From: an uncultured virus (IMG/VR IMGVR_UViG_2061766007_000036)
Lineage: Duplodnaviria > Heunggongvirae > Uroviricota > Caudoviricetes
Reading direction: 5' to 3' (one strand)
DNA length: 64,000 nucleotides
Virus record (IMG/VR): IMGVR_UViG_2061766007_000036
Shown here: one piece after another, positions 1-10,037 of the stretch
Layout: each line of letters begins with the position of its first letter
Position numbering within the stretch: position 1 is the stretch's first letter
Made by a program: the position numbers and the translations under genes
Notes under the pieces: generated by a model
What the model was told of the DNA's origin: nothing
The model's database searches: none
Seen by the model: only the letters and a program-made list of their open reading frames with translations

Positions 1-203
1 TTGACGTATTCTTTCTTTTCCTGTCCTCTGCCCGGGCCGTAGAAAATCATCTCGGCGGCTTCCACCACAATCCACACGGTTTCTTTCACCTGTTCATAGG
101 TGGAATCAGACATCTTTCTGCGAAGGAACGGGATAAGGAATCCCGCTATCACTCCGAAAATAACAAGAATCACACCTGCGAAAATGGGAGTAAGGTCAAT
201 CAT
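1..203 (-). CDS. Holin, LL-H-like (3' end runs off window)
   Basis: Own translation MIDLTPIFAGVILVIFGVIAGFLIPFLRRK...VVEAAEMIFYGPGRGQEKKEYV: N-terminal TM helix and VxAAE...GxGxEKK pattern. GAGGAGG RBS at 213-219. Not in the ORF track. Confidence 0.75.
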   Translation of the reverse strand, partial: MIDLTPIFAGVILVIFGVIAGFLIPFLRRKMSDSTYEQVKETVWIVVEAAEMIFYGPGRGQEKKEYV

Positions 204-438
204 TGGAATCATCCTCCTCAGAATCATTTATCGGCTCTATGCCGTTCTTTTCGTTGTACTCTTTGCGTATGTATGCCACTATACAGCCTAAGAAGGTCGT
301 CACAGCCGCTATCGTCGCCGCCACAGCTTCCGTATAGGGCCACCCCCAAATGTTGCCTAAAGCCACGTACAGAGCCCCAAGAGCGGGCAGTAGCATTGAC
401 TGAAACATACGCAGTATCTCGTATGCCTTGTTGCTCAT
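196..438 (-). CDS. Holin, Dp-1-like
   Basis: 80 aa, two hydrophobic segments, MSNKxYExL...LPAL...TFLG pattern, directly after endolysin. Confidence 0.8.
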   Translation of the reverse strand: MSNKAYEILRMFQSMLLPALGALYVALGNIWGWPYTEAVAATIAAVTTFLGCIVAYIRKEYNEKNGIEPINDSEEDDSND

Positions 439-1646
439 TTCTTCAGCATCTCGTTCACTTTTGCCTGTACTTCAGAGTAGTTGTACCCTGCTTCCGTCAG
501 TCTCTTCTTCCGCTCGTCTCCGTTGCCCCATTTACCGTCAATCACTTCTTTGGCGAGCTCGGCAACGGTCTTCTTCACAGCGGAAGTGCCCGAAGCGATA
601 TCAGAGACGTTCACCCATCCCGTGACCTGCTTCGGTACGCCTACCCGTGACAGAGCGTTGGTGACTCGTACACGGTTGTTTTCCACAGAGGCAGACCACA
701 GATAGTACGTGCCGGAAATACGGCTTGAAGCGACGGCGGACGTGCTCGAATAGTACAGTGCCATATTAGAGGCTTTAATAGCCTGCCCCGCCGTCAGTTT
801 CTTGGTATCGTTAATCTGCTGAGCACTCGGAGAATTAATCCACCCTGTTATCTGCCCTTTTACTCCGACACGTGCTTTGGAATTGGTGATTCTTACTCTT
901 CCGTTGGTGATAGAAGAATCCCAATAGTAATACGTGCCCGTGATATAGGAAGATACGGTCGAAGTCGTGGAAGACGCATACAGAGGCGCTCTGACAAGGG
1001 AAACAGAGTTTCCTGCGATGTTGGGTGTTGTGGAAGGCTTTTCAGCAGGCTTCTCTGCGGGAGTTTCAACGGGTTTCTCTACGGGCTTCTCAGCGGGAGC
1101 AGACGGTGTCGCCCCTTTCTTCTTCAGTTTGAGAAATGCCACAAGAGCGTTGCAGTAGAGCTGAGCGATTTTATCCTTGTTGTTGAGGATAGTCTTGGCA
1201 TCGGACGTGTTGTCATGGAACCCGCATTCGCCAATCACAGACGGCATAGCGGGCTTATAGCAGTCAATAAGTTTGGACGACTGTCTGAGCCCACGGTTTG
1301 CAAAAAGCGTTTTCAGCTCATTGAGAAGCGTCTGAGCGAGTTCCTTGGTTCGTGCACCCTTAGCAGGGTCGTAATAGACTTCTACGCCGTGAGCACCTGC
1401 GTTCGCAACGCCGGCGGCATTGGAATGCATGGCGATATAAACGTCGGCTCCCCACGCTTTCGCCTCTTCTGCACGTGTAGAAAGATTCGCCGTTACTTTC
1501 GCCATTTTCGTCTCGCAGTCATACTCTGCAAGCAGTTTCTGAAGGCGAGTTGCGATATCATTCCAAACAGCACCCTCGTTCGTGTTCCCCGTGATGAATT
1601 TGTTGGCATTCTGATTACTCGGTGATAAATAGATTTTTGCACTCAT
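435..1646 (-). CDS. Endolysin: N-acetylmuramoyl-L-alanine amidase (Amidase_3), two SH3-like repeats, C-terminal CW_7 (Cpl-7) domain
   Basis: IYLSPS..., E, HSNA, VIGECGFHDN motifs; PAEK/PVEK linker; two ...TYY.W....N.RVR.TN...RVG...Q.TGW.N repeats; AKEVIDGKWGNGDERKKRL. Confidence 0.9.
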   Translation of the reverse strand: MSAKIYLSPSNQNANKFITGNTNEGAVWNDIATRLQKLLAEYDCETKMAKVTANLSTRAEEAKAWGADVYIAMHSNAAGVANAGAHGVEVYYDPAKGARTKELAQTLLNELKTLFANRGLRQSSKLIDCYKPAMPSVIGECGFHDNTSDAKTILNNKDKIAQLYCNALVAFLKLKKKGATPSAPAEKPVEKPVETPAEKPAEKPSTTPNIAGNSVSLVRAPLYASSTTSTVSSYITGTYYYWDSSITNGRVRITNSKARVGVKGQITGWINSPSAQQINDTKKLTAGQAIKASNMALYYSSTSAVASSRISGTYYLWSASVENNRVRVTNALSRVGVPKQVTGWVNVSDIASGTSAVKKTVAELAKEVIDGKWGNGDERKKRLTEAGYNYSEVQAKVNEMLKK

Positions 1647-1665
1647 ATTAGTTCCTCCTTATAAC

Positions 1666-1687
1666 AAAAAAGACGGCATAAGCCGTC
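1666..1687 (-). terminator. Intrinsic terminator-like hairpin upstream of endolysin
   Basis: GACGGC-TTAT-GCCGTC followed by TTTTTT on minus strand. Confidence 0.6.
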
Positions 1688-1750
1688 ACGTCCTCCTCTT
1701 GGAGGGAGAGGCGGGGAATNNNNNNNNNNNNNNNNNNNNNNNNNNNNNNN

Positions 1751-2153
1751 NNNATTCGGTTACTTCAACCCATCCCGCAACTCCGGGCTCGAACACGTTG
1801 TAATCCATCGTGCTCTCCCACAATTTTCCGTTATGATAGACTCTGTCGCCCTTCATATACGGGTTTGTAGACTCGGGCTGTTCCCACTCTCCGATTTCAG
1901 TATCATCCTGTCCTGCAAGAACCTTCGCATACAGGCTGACCGTCACGTCGGGCGGATATGCCTCATGACTTGTGTGTAACTGAAGCGATTTGTACAGTTC
2001 ATTATTATATCGGAATTTAAATCCAAGAGGATATTCCTTCCCCTCTTCCCACTCGGGGTACATAAGAGGGTTCGCTATCGCAATTTCGTCAGAAACGCCC
2101 TGCATTGCGTTTGACAGCACATTACGCAACTGCCGTGCTCGTGCTTCTGTCAT
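1751..2153 (-). CDS. Small protein with ChtBD3/CBM5-12-like aromatic motifs (stop probably inside gap 1720-1753)
   Basis: WEEGKEY..G..F.YNNELYK and WEQP...PYMKGDRVYHNGKLWES...N..EPG..GW. Confidence 0.65.
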
Positions 2154-2371
2154 ATCTCTCCCCCCGTTATGATAGCGAGAGCCTCTTCTGCTGTGAGTTC
2201 TCCGCCATCTGTGATAATATCGCCCTCGGTATAAGTCCTATTGAACTCAGCGGGGTCATTTGCCTCTATCCACTGTTGACCTTCTCGGCATACGTAGCGA
2301 TTTGCGTCAGACCATGTGCGGGTAAACTCACGCCCGTCGTGCTCGTTTATATAGTGTTCTGTTCTAATCAT
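2150..2371 (-). CDS. Hypothetical phage protein (tail-fibre-cluster associated)
   Basis: 73-aa ORF overlapping next gene start, RBS present. Confidence 0.7.
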   Translation of the reverse strand: MIRTEHYINEHDGREFTRTWSDANRYVCREGQQWIEANDPAEFNRTYTEGDIITDGGELTAEEALAIITGGEI

Positions 2372-2377
2372 GTGCCA

Positions 2378-3700
2378 TCACCCCTTCACATAGTGAGTAT
2401 TCGGGTCAAACACTGATGTTAAGTCCGTCTGCTCAACCCATGAGCCGTTGACCTTTTTATAAACCTTGCTTGCCACAACCCACGAACCATTACGTTTGAA
2501 ATAAATGATTGCTGTAGGAGCAGATGCAGTAAACACAACCGTGTGGTCTGTCAGGATGTTTGTCAGCGTATAAGTGTATATTTTCCCGCTAACGGTGTAA
2601 GTGACAGACAGAGATACGCCGTAGATATAGACGAACCTGTGCGTGCTTGAAGCGTTATTTGTGGCGGTCAGATACAGCCGTGCGTTTGACAATTCTGAGG
2701 TCGTCCACGAACCTACAGACAGGTTGTACTCTGTCCGTGCGACATCAGTTGCAGACGATACCCACGTTGTTGCAGAGCCTTTCGCCGTGCTCCCTGCGTA
2801 CATTTGCACAGACGAAGTGAATCCACTTGACGAGTTGTTGCGTGAAAATTGCAGAGCAACTGTTGCGCTCACAGACTGAAGCGTCGCCCCAGTTGGAAGA
2901 GTCACTGGAATGTCCAAATAGCATGTTCCAGTTGTTCTTCCACCATTTATCTCTAAAGTAGCATAGGTATCACTGTCGGAATCCGTGTATGCATTGGTAA
3001 TGTTGGATACGGTAAAGTTGCTTGTTGTATTGCCAGACGGAACATAGACCGTGGAACCAGTTGTTGACTCTACCAACTGTGAAGTTACATCTATGTTGTT
3101 GTCGGTAACATTTGGTTTTGTTGTCCCTACATATTTTATTGCGAGACTACTTCCCTCAAGTACTGTCTGTGTACCTGTTGGTGTTGTGTTCCCCGTGATA
3201 CTCACTGTATGGTAGACTGGTACGGTATATGTGACTTCTATCTCCGCACCATAAATGTAAACATACGATGCTGTGTTTCTGCTTGACCTACGGCAGTTGA
3301 TACGGATACCAAAATCAGAACCATACCCTTTCAATGTATCCCAATCTACCGTTGTGTTTGTAAAAGTCTTAACAGTGGCAGAAGTTGTCAGAGCCGTCGT
3401 ACTTCCACAAGCCGTCACTTGAGTAGTACCATCGTAACAATAGATTGTACTCGTGTTACCACCAGAGTGATACCCTTTCAATTTAATCGTGATGTCGCTA
3501 ACTATCGCATTTGATGGCACAGCGTCGAAATTGAATCCACGGATATATATGTAGTATGATGTAGTGCTTGTCCTGCTATTATTAACAGTTGCGTAGGTTG
3601 TGCTATCCGTATTAGCATACATATTAGATGCACTACTGACGGATAAATAATTTGTATTGGAAAGATAATAGGTACTTGGGACTAATCTAATAGTTGCCAT
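2378..3700 (-). CDS. Ser/Thr-rich beta-sandwich adhesin/tail appendage with two tandem related domains
   Basis: Internal repeat VPS...SN.Y..TDS.TYAT...VYIYG....VTYT occurs twice; C-terminal K.NGSWV repeat. Confidence 0.65.
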   Translation of the reverse strand: MATIRLVPSTYYLSNTNYLSVSSASNMYANTDSTTYATVNNSRTSTTSYYIYIRGFNFDAVPSNAIVSDITIKLKGYHSGGNTSTIYCYDGTTQVTACGSTTALTTSATVKTFTNTTVDWDTLKGYGSDFGIRINCRRSSRNTASYVYIYGAEIEVTYTVPVYHTVSITGNTTPTGTQTVLEGSSLAIKYVGTTKPNVTDNNIDVTSQLVESTTGSTVYVPSGNTTSNFTVSNITNAYTDSDSDTYATLEINGGRTTGTCYLDIPVTLPTGATLQSVSATVALQFSRNNSSSGFTSSVQMYAGSTAKGSATTWVSSATDVARTEYNLSVGSWTTSELSNARLYLTATNNASSTHRFVYIYGVSLSVTYTVSGKIYTYTLTNILTDHTVVFTASAPTAIIYFKRNGSWVVASKVYKKVNGSWVEQTDLTSVFDPNTHYVKG

Positions 3701-3712
3701 AGAAAAGCCCCC

Positions 3713-5131
3713 TTACGTCTGCAAATAAATGTCTCCGTCGACTCCAGTAGAAGACGACGGAGCGGACGAGCCATCGTAGATAGTGGAATATGGAACGGCG
3801 ACGACAACAGAGGCAAGATTTGTTACATTAACTGTCTGATTACTCGTAATCGTCTGTGAACCACTTACTAACTCAGAAGCGCTTACGGTAACCGCTGTTC
3901 CTGTTTTCGTAGACCCAGTAATATACCCCGTCGTGTTAGTAACAGACGGGGTTATGCTTATCTGATGATTACTGACTGTTCCTTTCGTTGCGGTAGGCGT
4001 ACCCGCTGTTCCGCTTGGCATAGCAGATACAGTAATAGCACCTGTGCAATATGTTCCTGCATCCACCGCTGTCTGCTGAGACGTGGAGGGCGTTACCGTT
4101 TTAGCCGCCTGTGTAGTAACAGAAGCGGTAAGGCTGACAGAAGAATTGCCCGCTGTACCGCTTGATACATATCCCGCTGTCACAGAAGGAGTAACTGAAA
4201 CCGTCTTGCTGAGCGTCAGCGTGTTCGTACCCGCTGTAACAGTGGCTGAAGTCCCACTAATACTCGCAGGAGCCGTTGCGGAGCCCGTAGNNNNNNNNNN
4301 GCAATTCCGTTAGGAGACCCAATATCAAGCAATGTTAATTGCTTACAAGCAGTCGAAGCACTTGGAGAACCAAAAGCCTGTGGAAAATTACTCGCTGTTG
4401 CTAAATAAGGGAAGTGAGCCGTTTGCAATGACATTGGATGTGAAGACGAACCATTAAAACATTTACTGCCAAGGTTTGTTATAATTCCGTTGCAAGTTAT
4501 TGTTGTCAAATTTTCACAATCTTGAAATGCAGATGTACCTATTGATGTTATAGTGCTTGGCAATGTTGTCAATGCCAAGTTGTGACAGCCGTAAAACGCA
4601 AACATTCCTATTGATGTTACAGAACTTGGCAAAGCAGTAATTGCAAGTGTATCATAACTATAAAACGCATACGCTCCAATTGTTGTCAAATCGCTTGGCA
4701 GAGTTGGTGTAGCACTCGTCCTCGCAATCACAGCCTTAAAATTGGGGTCACTTGCGCCTGTTACATTAACATACACACCCGAATACACTTTCCCNNNNNN
4801 NNNNGTAGTATCCTGCGGGTGCTGTAACCGTCGCTCCGCTTGCCGTGAGGTCTGCGGAAGACTCCCTTAAAATCCCACTTCCTACATACGTAGAGCTGAT
4901 TGCTCCAACGCTTACGCTTGAAAGATATTTTCCCGTATCGGGAGTGATTGTCTGCGCAGTCTCAGACGGCGTAGCCGACTTCGTCTGCGTTTGTACGGAA
5001 AACTCTCCTTCCACAGGAAGCCCAGCATTGTCATGGGCGGTGTTACCGATAAGGAGGGTGTTCGATTTAACGGAGTCTTGCGTGAGGTCGATTTGCGTAA
5101 CCCCGTTTAGGATTATTTTTGAAAACGCCAT
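3713..5131 (-). CDS. Tail-associated repeat protein; true CDS probably 5131-4805 joined to 4290-3713 with a foreign contig in between
   Basis: N-terminal KIILNGVTQIDLTQD motif; TPS..AQT repeats; C-terminal GSSAPSSSTGVDGDIYLQT; two 10-N gaps. Confidence 0.55.
4301..4794 (-). CDS. Internal fragment of a BspA-type leucine-rich repeat protein (probably misplaced contig)
   Basis: LPSSVTSIGMFAFYGC / LPSTITSIGTSAFQDC repeats; fits the 508-N gap at 8352-8859 in frame. Confidence 0.7.
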
Positions 5132-5145
5132 TGTATCCCTCCTTT

Positions 5146-6846
5146 TTATTCACCTACCATATAGGAAGCGTATGTAGACCAGTTTGTTGCGGTCTGATAT
5201 GCGGAAAGCGAAATGGCAGGGACGTAAATTTTGCAACCAGATGGTATTCCAACAAATGCGTTTGAGCCTATTGTTGGAGGCGTAACGCTTTTAAAATGGT
5301 ATTCCTCCATAGCATAGGAATAGGCAAATGCCGAACTCCCAATGGAAGTTACCGATGATGGAATTGTAATCTTTCTAAGCGTGTACATTTGATAGATAGC
5401 ATTATTCCCTATAGAAGTGACACTATTCGGGATACTTATATTGCGTAAATCGTAGCAACTGTATAGTACATTGTTATTTAAAGTTGTTACTCCGTTTGGT
5501 ATGCTTATTTCTCCCAAACTACGGCAAGAAGAAAATGCAGAAATACCTATACTCACAACTCCACTTGGAATTGCTACAGATTTCAACGAATGACAATTCT
5601 GAAATGCATAGTCTGCAATGCTTGTAACACTACTAGGTATGTCTATGGATGACAGTCTATTACATGCAGAGAATGCATAGGTTCCAATGCTTGTAGCGCC
5701 ATTTGGTATCTTTATAGAGTAAAGGCTAGTACATCCGGTAAATGTATAGCTTGCCATGCTCGTAACATTTTTTGGCAACGTTATTGACTGTAATGATGAA
5801 CAGTCATAAAACGTATAAGAGTTAATGGCAGTTATACTATCTGGAAGGGAAACGTGCTTCAAAGCACGACAGGCACGTATTGCGTTGCCTCCTAGCGACG
5901 TGACCTCTGAAGATATTGTTATAGACCTAAGCACAGTGCAGTTTTGGAAAGCTGCTCCCTCGATACTTGTTATACTAAATGGGGTCGAAACAGTTTTTAA
6001 AGCCCCACAATCGTCAAAACAACCTGACCCAATAGTTGTATTATTGGAAGGTATTGTCGCTGACTCAAGCGAGCCACAGTTTTGGAACAAGTAATTTCCC
6101 ATACTTGTAATATACGACGGAATAGTTATGGTTCGCAACGCATAGCAATAGACAAACGAACCATATGCAAGTTCTACGTTTGTCCCCAACCTAACAGCAA
6201 CTGCTATATTAGAGTATTCTCTGCTATTCTGCCCGCTTTTGTCTTTTGGAGAAAATAGTGCAGGATAAGAATTACTACCGGAACGAAATGCAATCTGTCC
6301 GTTGCTCGTGTCTATAGTAATCGTGTAGTCCCCAGTGGAATAATATGAATGCAAAACATATTTCTGATTTTGAGTACTGGTTCCTGTAACACTATCAGAA
6401 CGACCGTCACCCCAATTTATAACTACTGTTCCACTTATGGCTATAGTAAGATATGGGGATAAATAATTTGCGTCCACAAGGTGTACATCAATCTCTGTCT
6501 TTCCAGAAGATGTGACGTACATTTGTCCGACGGTTATTTCCCCATCTGGCATATAAGTCAATTGAGTTTTAATCTGTTCTAGAGTCCAATTCCACCCTTG
6601 TGATGTCAGCCCTTCGTGTGATGGATTCGGAGGCAGTGATGTTAAGGACATTGCCACTTCTGATGTGTATGAAGCAACTAATTCACCGTTGAAGTCAATA
6701 AAATTCACTTGTTTCCACTCTTTTGGAATTCCATCAACCGCATCAATCATATCGTCGACTTTCAATGGTAACGGTATGCCGCTCTTTGCTGAAATGCTCG
6801 TTGCAAGGTTGTCTAATTTAGTCCTTTCAATTCCTACATTAGCCAA
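5146..6846 (-). CDS. BspA-type leucine-rich repeat (LRR_5) protein
   Basis: About 13 repeats of IP..VTSI...AF..C..L..; C-terminal IYVP...SAYQTATNWSTYA. Confidence 0.9.
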   Translation of the reverse strand: MANVGIERTKLDNLATSISAKSGIPLPLKVDDMIDAVDGIPKEWKQVNFIDFNGELVASYTSEVAMSLTSLPPNPSHEGLTSQGWNWTLEQIKTQLTYMPDGEITVGQMYVTSSGKTEIDVHLVDANYLSPYLTIAISGTVVINWGDGRSDSVTGTSTQNQKYVLHSYYSTGDYTITIDTSNGQIAFRSGSNSYPALFSPKDKSGQNSREYSNIAVAVRLGTNVELAYGSFVYCYALRTITIPSYITSMGNYLFQNCGSLESATIPSNNTTIGSGCFDDCGALKTVSTPFSITSIEGAAFQNCTVLRSITISSEVTSLGGNAIRACRALKHVSLPDSITAINSYTFYDCSSLQSITLPKNVTSMASYTFTGCTSLYSIKIPNGATSIGTYAFSACNRLSSIDIPSSVTSIADYAFQNCHSLKSVAIPSGVVSIGISAFSSCRSLGEISIPNGVTTLNNNVLYSCYDLRNISIPNSVTSIGNNAIYQMYTLRKITIPSSVTSIGSSAFAYSYAMEEYHFKSVTPPTIGSNAFVGIPSGCKIYVPAISLSAYQTATNWSTYASYMVGE

Positions 6847-7252
6847 GGTCTATCACCTCGTCTTTCGTTTCAAACCACTCTTGTATGAGATATTTAAAGT
6901 AGTTTGGGCGTTCTTTCGCCCGTTCCATACATACCTCATACGGAGTGTCAATATAAATTATCTTGTCCGCATTAATCCGTTCTGCCTCTCCCTTTACCTT
7001 CTTTGCTGTGTTTGCGATAGATGTGACGAAAGCATTATTCCATCCGCCTCTTCTATCTCTTATAATATCCAATAGAGATTCTCTTATCATCATAGACACA
7101 TCGTATACATACAAATTATTATCATGCGCATCATGGTTGCTGATTGCTTCGAACAATAAATCTGGGTCGCAGACAATGTCATCATCTCCAACCATATTTG
7201 ATATATATGTGCTTTTCCCGCTGCAAGGGGGCCCGTAAACTAAGTAAACCAT
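6839..7252 (-). CDS. Small P-loop kinase/ATPase (AAA_33-like)
   Basis: Walker A GPPCSGKST; IYIDTPYEVCMERAKER lid motif. Confidence 0.8.
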   Translation of the reverse strand: MVYLVYGPPCSGKSTYISNMVGDDDIVCDPDLLFEAISNHDAHDNNLYVYDVSMMIRESLLDIIRDRRGGWNNAFVTSIANTAKKVKGEAERINADKIIYIDTPYEVCMERAKERPNYFKYLIQEWFETKDEVIDLG

Positions 7253-7690
7253 TTATGAATTGAAATCTGGTGTCGTATCAACAGTCACATAACTATTGCC
7301 GACGTAATATTTTTTCACGAATCTCATATAAAACTCTATGCCATCTGCTTCAAATACTGCTACACACGGCCGATAAACCGGTCCAGCATAGTTAACAGAA
7401 ATCCAGTCGCACATCATTCTATAACTATCATAATATCTATAGACGCTTTTGACTTGAAAAAAACCATCATCATAATCGTTTTCGTTGGGATGGCGGGAGC
7501 ATCTAACATATACAGGAACCCCATTATTTAGTGCATCATATATTTGCCCATATGTCTTGTCTGTTTGAAGCCACCCGACATTTATTATGTCAACAATTAG
7601 TATGTTGCCTGCCACGCCCTGCTCCAATTTATTCAACTTAGTGGAGGTAATAACGTCTCCACTCTGCCAAGTTGTTGGTGTATAACTCAT
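7253..7690 (-). CDS. Hypothetical virion-associated protein
   Basis: N-terminal Y.PTTW..GD.IT..KLN.LEQG motif common at the start of phage appendage proteins. Confidence 0.6.
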   Translation of the reverse strand: MSYTPTTWQSGDVITSTKLNKLEQGVAGNILIVDIINVGWLQTDKTYGQIYDALNNGVPVYVRCSRHPNENDYDDGFFQVKSVYRYYDSYRMMCDWISVNYAGPVYRPCVAVFEADGIEFYMRFVKKYYVGNSYVTVDTTPDFNS

Positions 7691-7701
7691 ATTATTTCCT
7701 C

Positions 7702-8091
7702 CTATCTAAGTACAGCAGAATCCACTTCTCCGTAACCAACATACGGCGCAATTTCGGGATTCGTTCCATAGTAATAATCATTGCCATCGGGGGTAGAACC
7801 GCCAGACACATTAACAGTAACAGCATCATATACTGTACCATCCGGTGCAGTATAAGTTCCATTTTGAGTTACAGACAAAGAATCTATCGTTATTTCATCT
7901 TCAGACATTATTTCACGAATAGTTCCCCCGGCTACATCCGTAGTGTCTTTAATATATACACTACCTCCACCACCTGTAACATCTGTGATGGTGACGTTGT
8001 CTTCCATATACTTCCCGGCGGTGAGAAGATATTTTGTTCCGTTCTCTATGGTGGTGAGGGTAGAACCTTTATATGTTACTGTTGTAGACAT
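7702..8091 (-). CDS. Hypothetical tail-associated protein
   Basis: LSVTQNGTYTAP.G..Y..VTVNV repeat unit; start placed at ATG 8091 after GGTG RBS. Confidence 0.6.
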   Translation of the reverse strand: MSTTVTYKGSTLTTIENGTKYLLTAGKYMEDNVTITDVTGGGGSVYIKDTTDVAGGTIREIMSEDEITIDSLSVTQNGTYTAPDGTVYDAVTVNVSGGSTPDGNDYYYGTNPEIAPYVGYGEVDSAVLR

Positions 8092-8104
8092 ATCATTCAC
8101 CACC

Positions 8105-9442
8105 TTACAATTCATATATGCTATTTTCAATAGCAGAAAATGTTAGTGTACCGGCATCATATAGTGTTTTCCAGTTTGTCGCCGTTTGATACGAAGAAAT
8201 TAACGATGACGGCACATATACAGTTCCAGTTAACCCACCTTCTCCACGGAACGGAGTGTATCCAAAAGCACTAACATTAGCAAGTGAACAAACAGATGTT
8301 CGCCGTATTATTAGTGTTTGCAACTTACTGCAATAATTAAATGCTCCGGCANNNNNNNNNNNNNNNNNNNNNNNNNNNNNNNNNNNNNNNNNNNNNNNNN
8401 NNNNNNNNNNNNNNNNNNNNNNNNNNNNNNNNNNNNNNNNNNNNNNNNNNNNNNNNNNNNNNNNNNNNNNNNNNNNNNNNNNNNNNNNNNNNNNNNNNNN
8501 NNNNNNNNNNNNNNNNNNNNNNNNNNNNNNNNNNNNNNNNNNNNNNNNNNNNNNNNNNNNNNNNNNNNNNNNNNNNNNNNNNNNNNNNNNNNNNNNNNNN
8601 NNNNNNNNNNNNNNNNNNNNNNNNNNNNNNNNNNNNNNNNNNNNNNNNNNNNNNNNNNNNNNNNNNNNNNNNNNNNNNNNNNNNNNNNNNNNNNNNNNNN
8701 NNNNNNNNNNNNNNNNNNNNNNNNNNNNNNNNNNNNNNNNNNNNNNNNNNNNNNNNNNNNNNNNNNNNNNNNNNNNNNNNNNNNNNNNNNNNNNNNNNNN
8801 NNNNNNNNNNNNNNNNNNNNNNNNNNNNNNNNNNNNNNNNNNNNNNNNNNNNNNNNNNNTCCCATTTTGCGTTAATGTCGGAAACTCGTAAATGTCTGCG
8901 GTGTCCGGGGTGGAAAGCGTTCCATTCGGATAGTATGTAAATTCTGCGACAGGAAAACCATAGGCATCAACTGTTCTGCATATTATGTTTGGGGTTTGTG
9001 CTTCCCAATCGTCTATATCCATTGCGCAAGCATTGCTATACTCAAAATATTCTCCGGGGTTTTCTTCGTCTTCGTCAAATTCTATAAATTTTGCAGAACC
9101 CTGATTTCCTCCGTCAAAGTAAGCCAATGTTTCCGCATAGGTCATACTGCAAGAAAATGATTCAAGGTCAGAATTTGAGTCATATCTTGCCGTAAACACG
9201 GGGATGCCTACACCACCGCCACCACCGCCCCCGTCTGGGGACAGGACAAGGTAGCCGTCTTGGTCTTGGGTGATACCGCCAGTACCACCGCCGCCTGATG
9301 CAGTACCTTGCACCCGTTCGCCTGTGGGCAAGTGGAAATACTTCCCCTGTGCGACATCTGCTTGCGTGGCGGTATCCTGTGACAAGTCAATCAGGGTTGA
9401 ATTTCCATATACAACCTTGTTTACATAGGGATTTGAAGCCAT
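8105..9442 (-). CDS. Tail-associated protein with C-terminal BspA-type LRR (508-N gap inside)
   Basis: N-terminal NKVVYGNSTLIDLSQDT; C-terminal AF.YC..L...TVYVPSSLISSYQTATNW; in frame across gap. Confidence 0.7.
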   Translation of the reverse strand: MASNPYVNKVVYGNSTLIDLSQDTATQADVAQGKYFHLPTGERVQGTASGGGGTGGITQDQDGYLVLSPDGGGGGGGVGIPVFTARYDSNSDLESFSCSMTYAETLAYFDGGNQGSAKFIEFDEDEENPGEYFEYSNACAMDIDDWEAQTPNIICRTVDAYGFPVAEFTYYPNGTLSTPDTADIYEFPTLTQNGXXXXXXXXXXXXXXXXXXXXXXXXXXXXXXXXXXXXXXXXXXXXXXXXXXXXXXXXXXXXXXXXXXXXXXXXXXXXXXXXXXXXXXXXXXXXXXXXXXXXXXXXXXXXXXXXXXXXXXXXXXXXXXXXXXXXXXXXXXXXXXXXXXXXXXXXXXXXXXXXXXXXXXXXXXAGAFNYCSKLQTLIIRRTSVCSLANVSAFGYTPFRGEGGLTGTVYVPSSLISSYQTATNWKTLYDAGTLTFSAIENSIYEL

Positions 9443-9447
9443 TCAAA

Positions 9448-10035
9448 TCACCCCGCAATCGTCGCCGTTTTTCCTCCAGCGGAATTGTCGGTTTCCACAT
9501 ACGAAATTGCCGCAACATTCGCCTGTGAGATGTAGTCGTATCCCGTCGGCGGCAGAATGGTCTGCGCCGAGGTGGACGGCGTGATGTTGACCGCCGTGGC
9601 GCTGATGCTTTCGCCCGAATATGTGCCGGTAACTCCGAGGATCTCCACGCCGCTTTTGATGTTCCCGGCGATAATCTTGTTCTGCTCCGCGCTGGCGATG
9701 GAAACTTTGCCCGACCCGTCGTGATAACCGGCGGCGATTGTGTACTGCTGTGACTTGGTGCTGATAGTGCCGGTCACCGCGCCGTTATTCGGCATCGTGC
9801 CTGTGAGTTCTGCCCCGCGTGCGTGGGCGGTCTTCCCGGCGAGGATTTCAGACGCGGCAGCGGTATCGTCGCTAGTGTCAGAATCGTAAGTGCAAGTGCC
9901 GGTGATGGTCGCGCCGCTCTTATCGTGAGCGGTAGAACCGGAGAGAAGATGCGCGGCGTCTACGGTATCGCCGGTAAGGTCGATAAGAGTAGAGCCGCCG
10001 AAGATTACTTTGTTGATGTACTGATTGTTAGCCAT
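9448..10035 (-). CDS. Tail-associated protein, paralogous N-terminus to 9442 and 5131 genes
   Basis: NKVIFGGSTLIDLTGDT; TGTMPNNG...I..GYHDGSG...NIK.GV.ILGVTGT. Confidence 0.75.
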   Translation of the reverse strand: MANNQYINKVIFGGSTLIDLTGDTVDAAHLLSGSTAHDKSGATITGTCTYDSDTSDDTAAASEILAGKTAHARGAELTGTMPNNGAVTGTISTKSQQYTIAAGYHDGSGKVSIASAEQNKIIAGNIKSGVEILGVTGTYSGESISATAVNITPSTSAQTILPPTGYDYISQANVAAISYVETDNSAGGKTATIAG

Positions 10036-10037
10036 TG

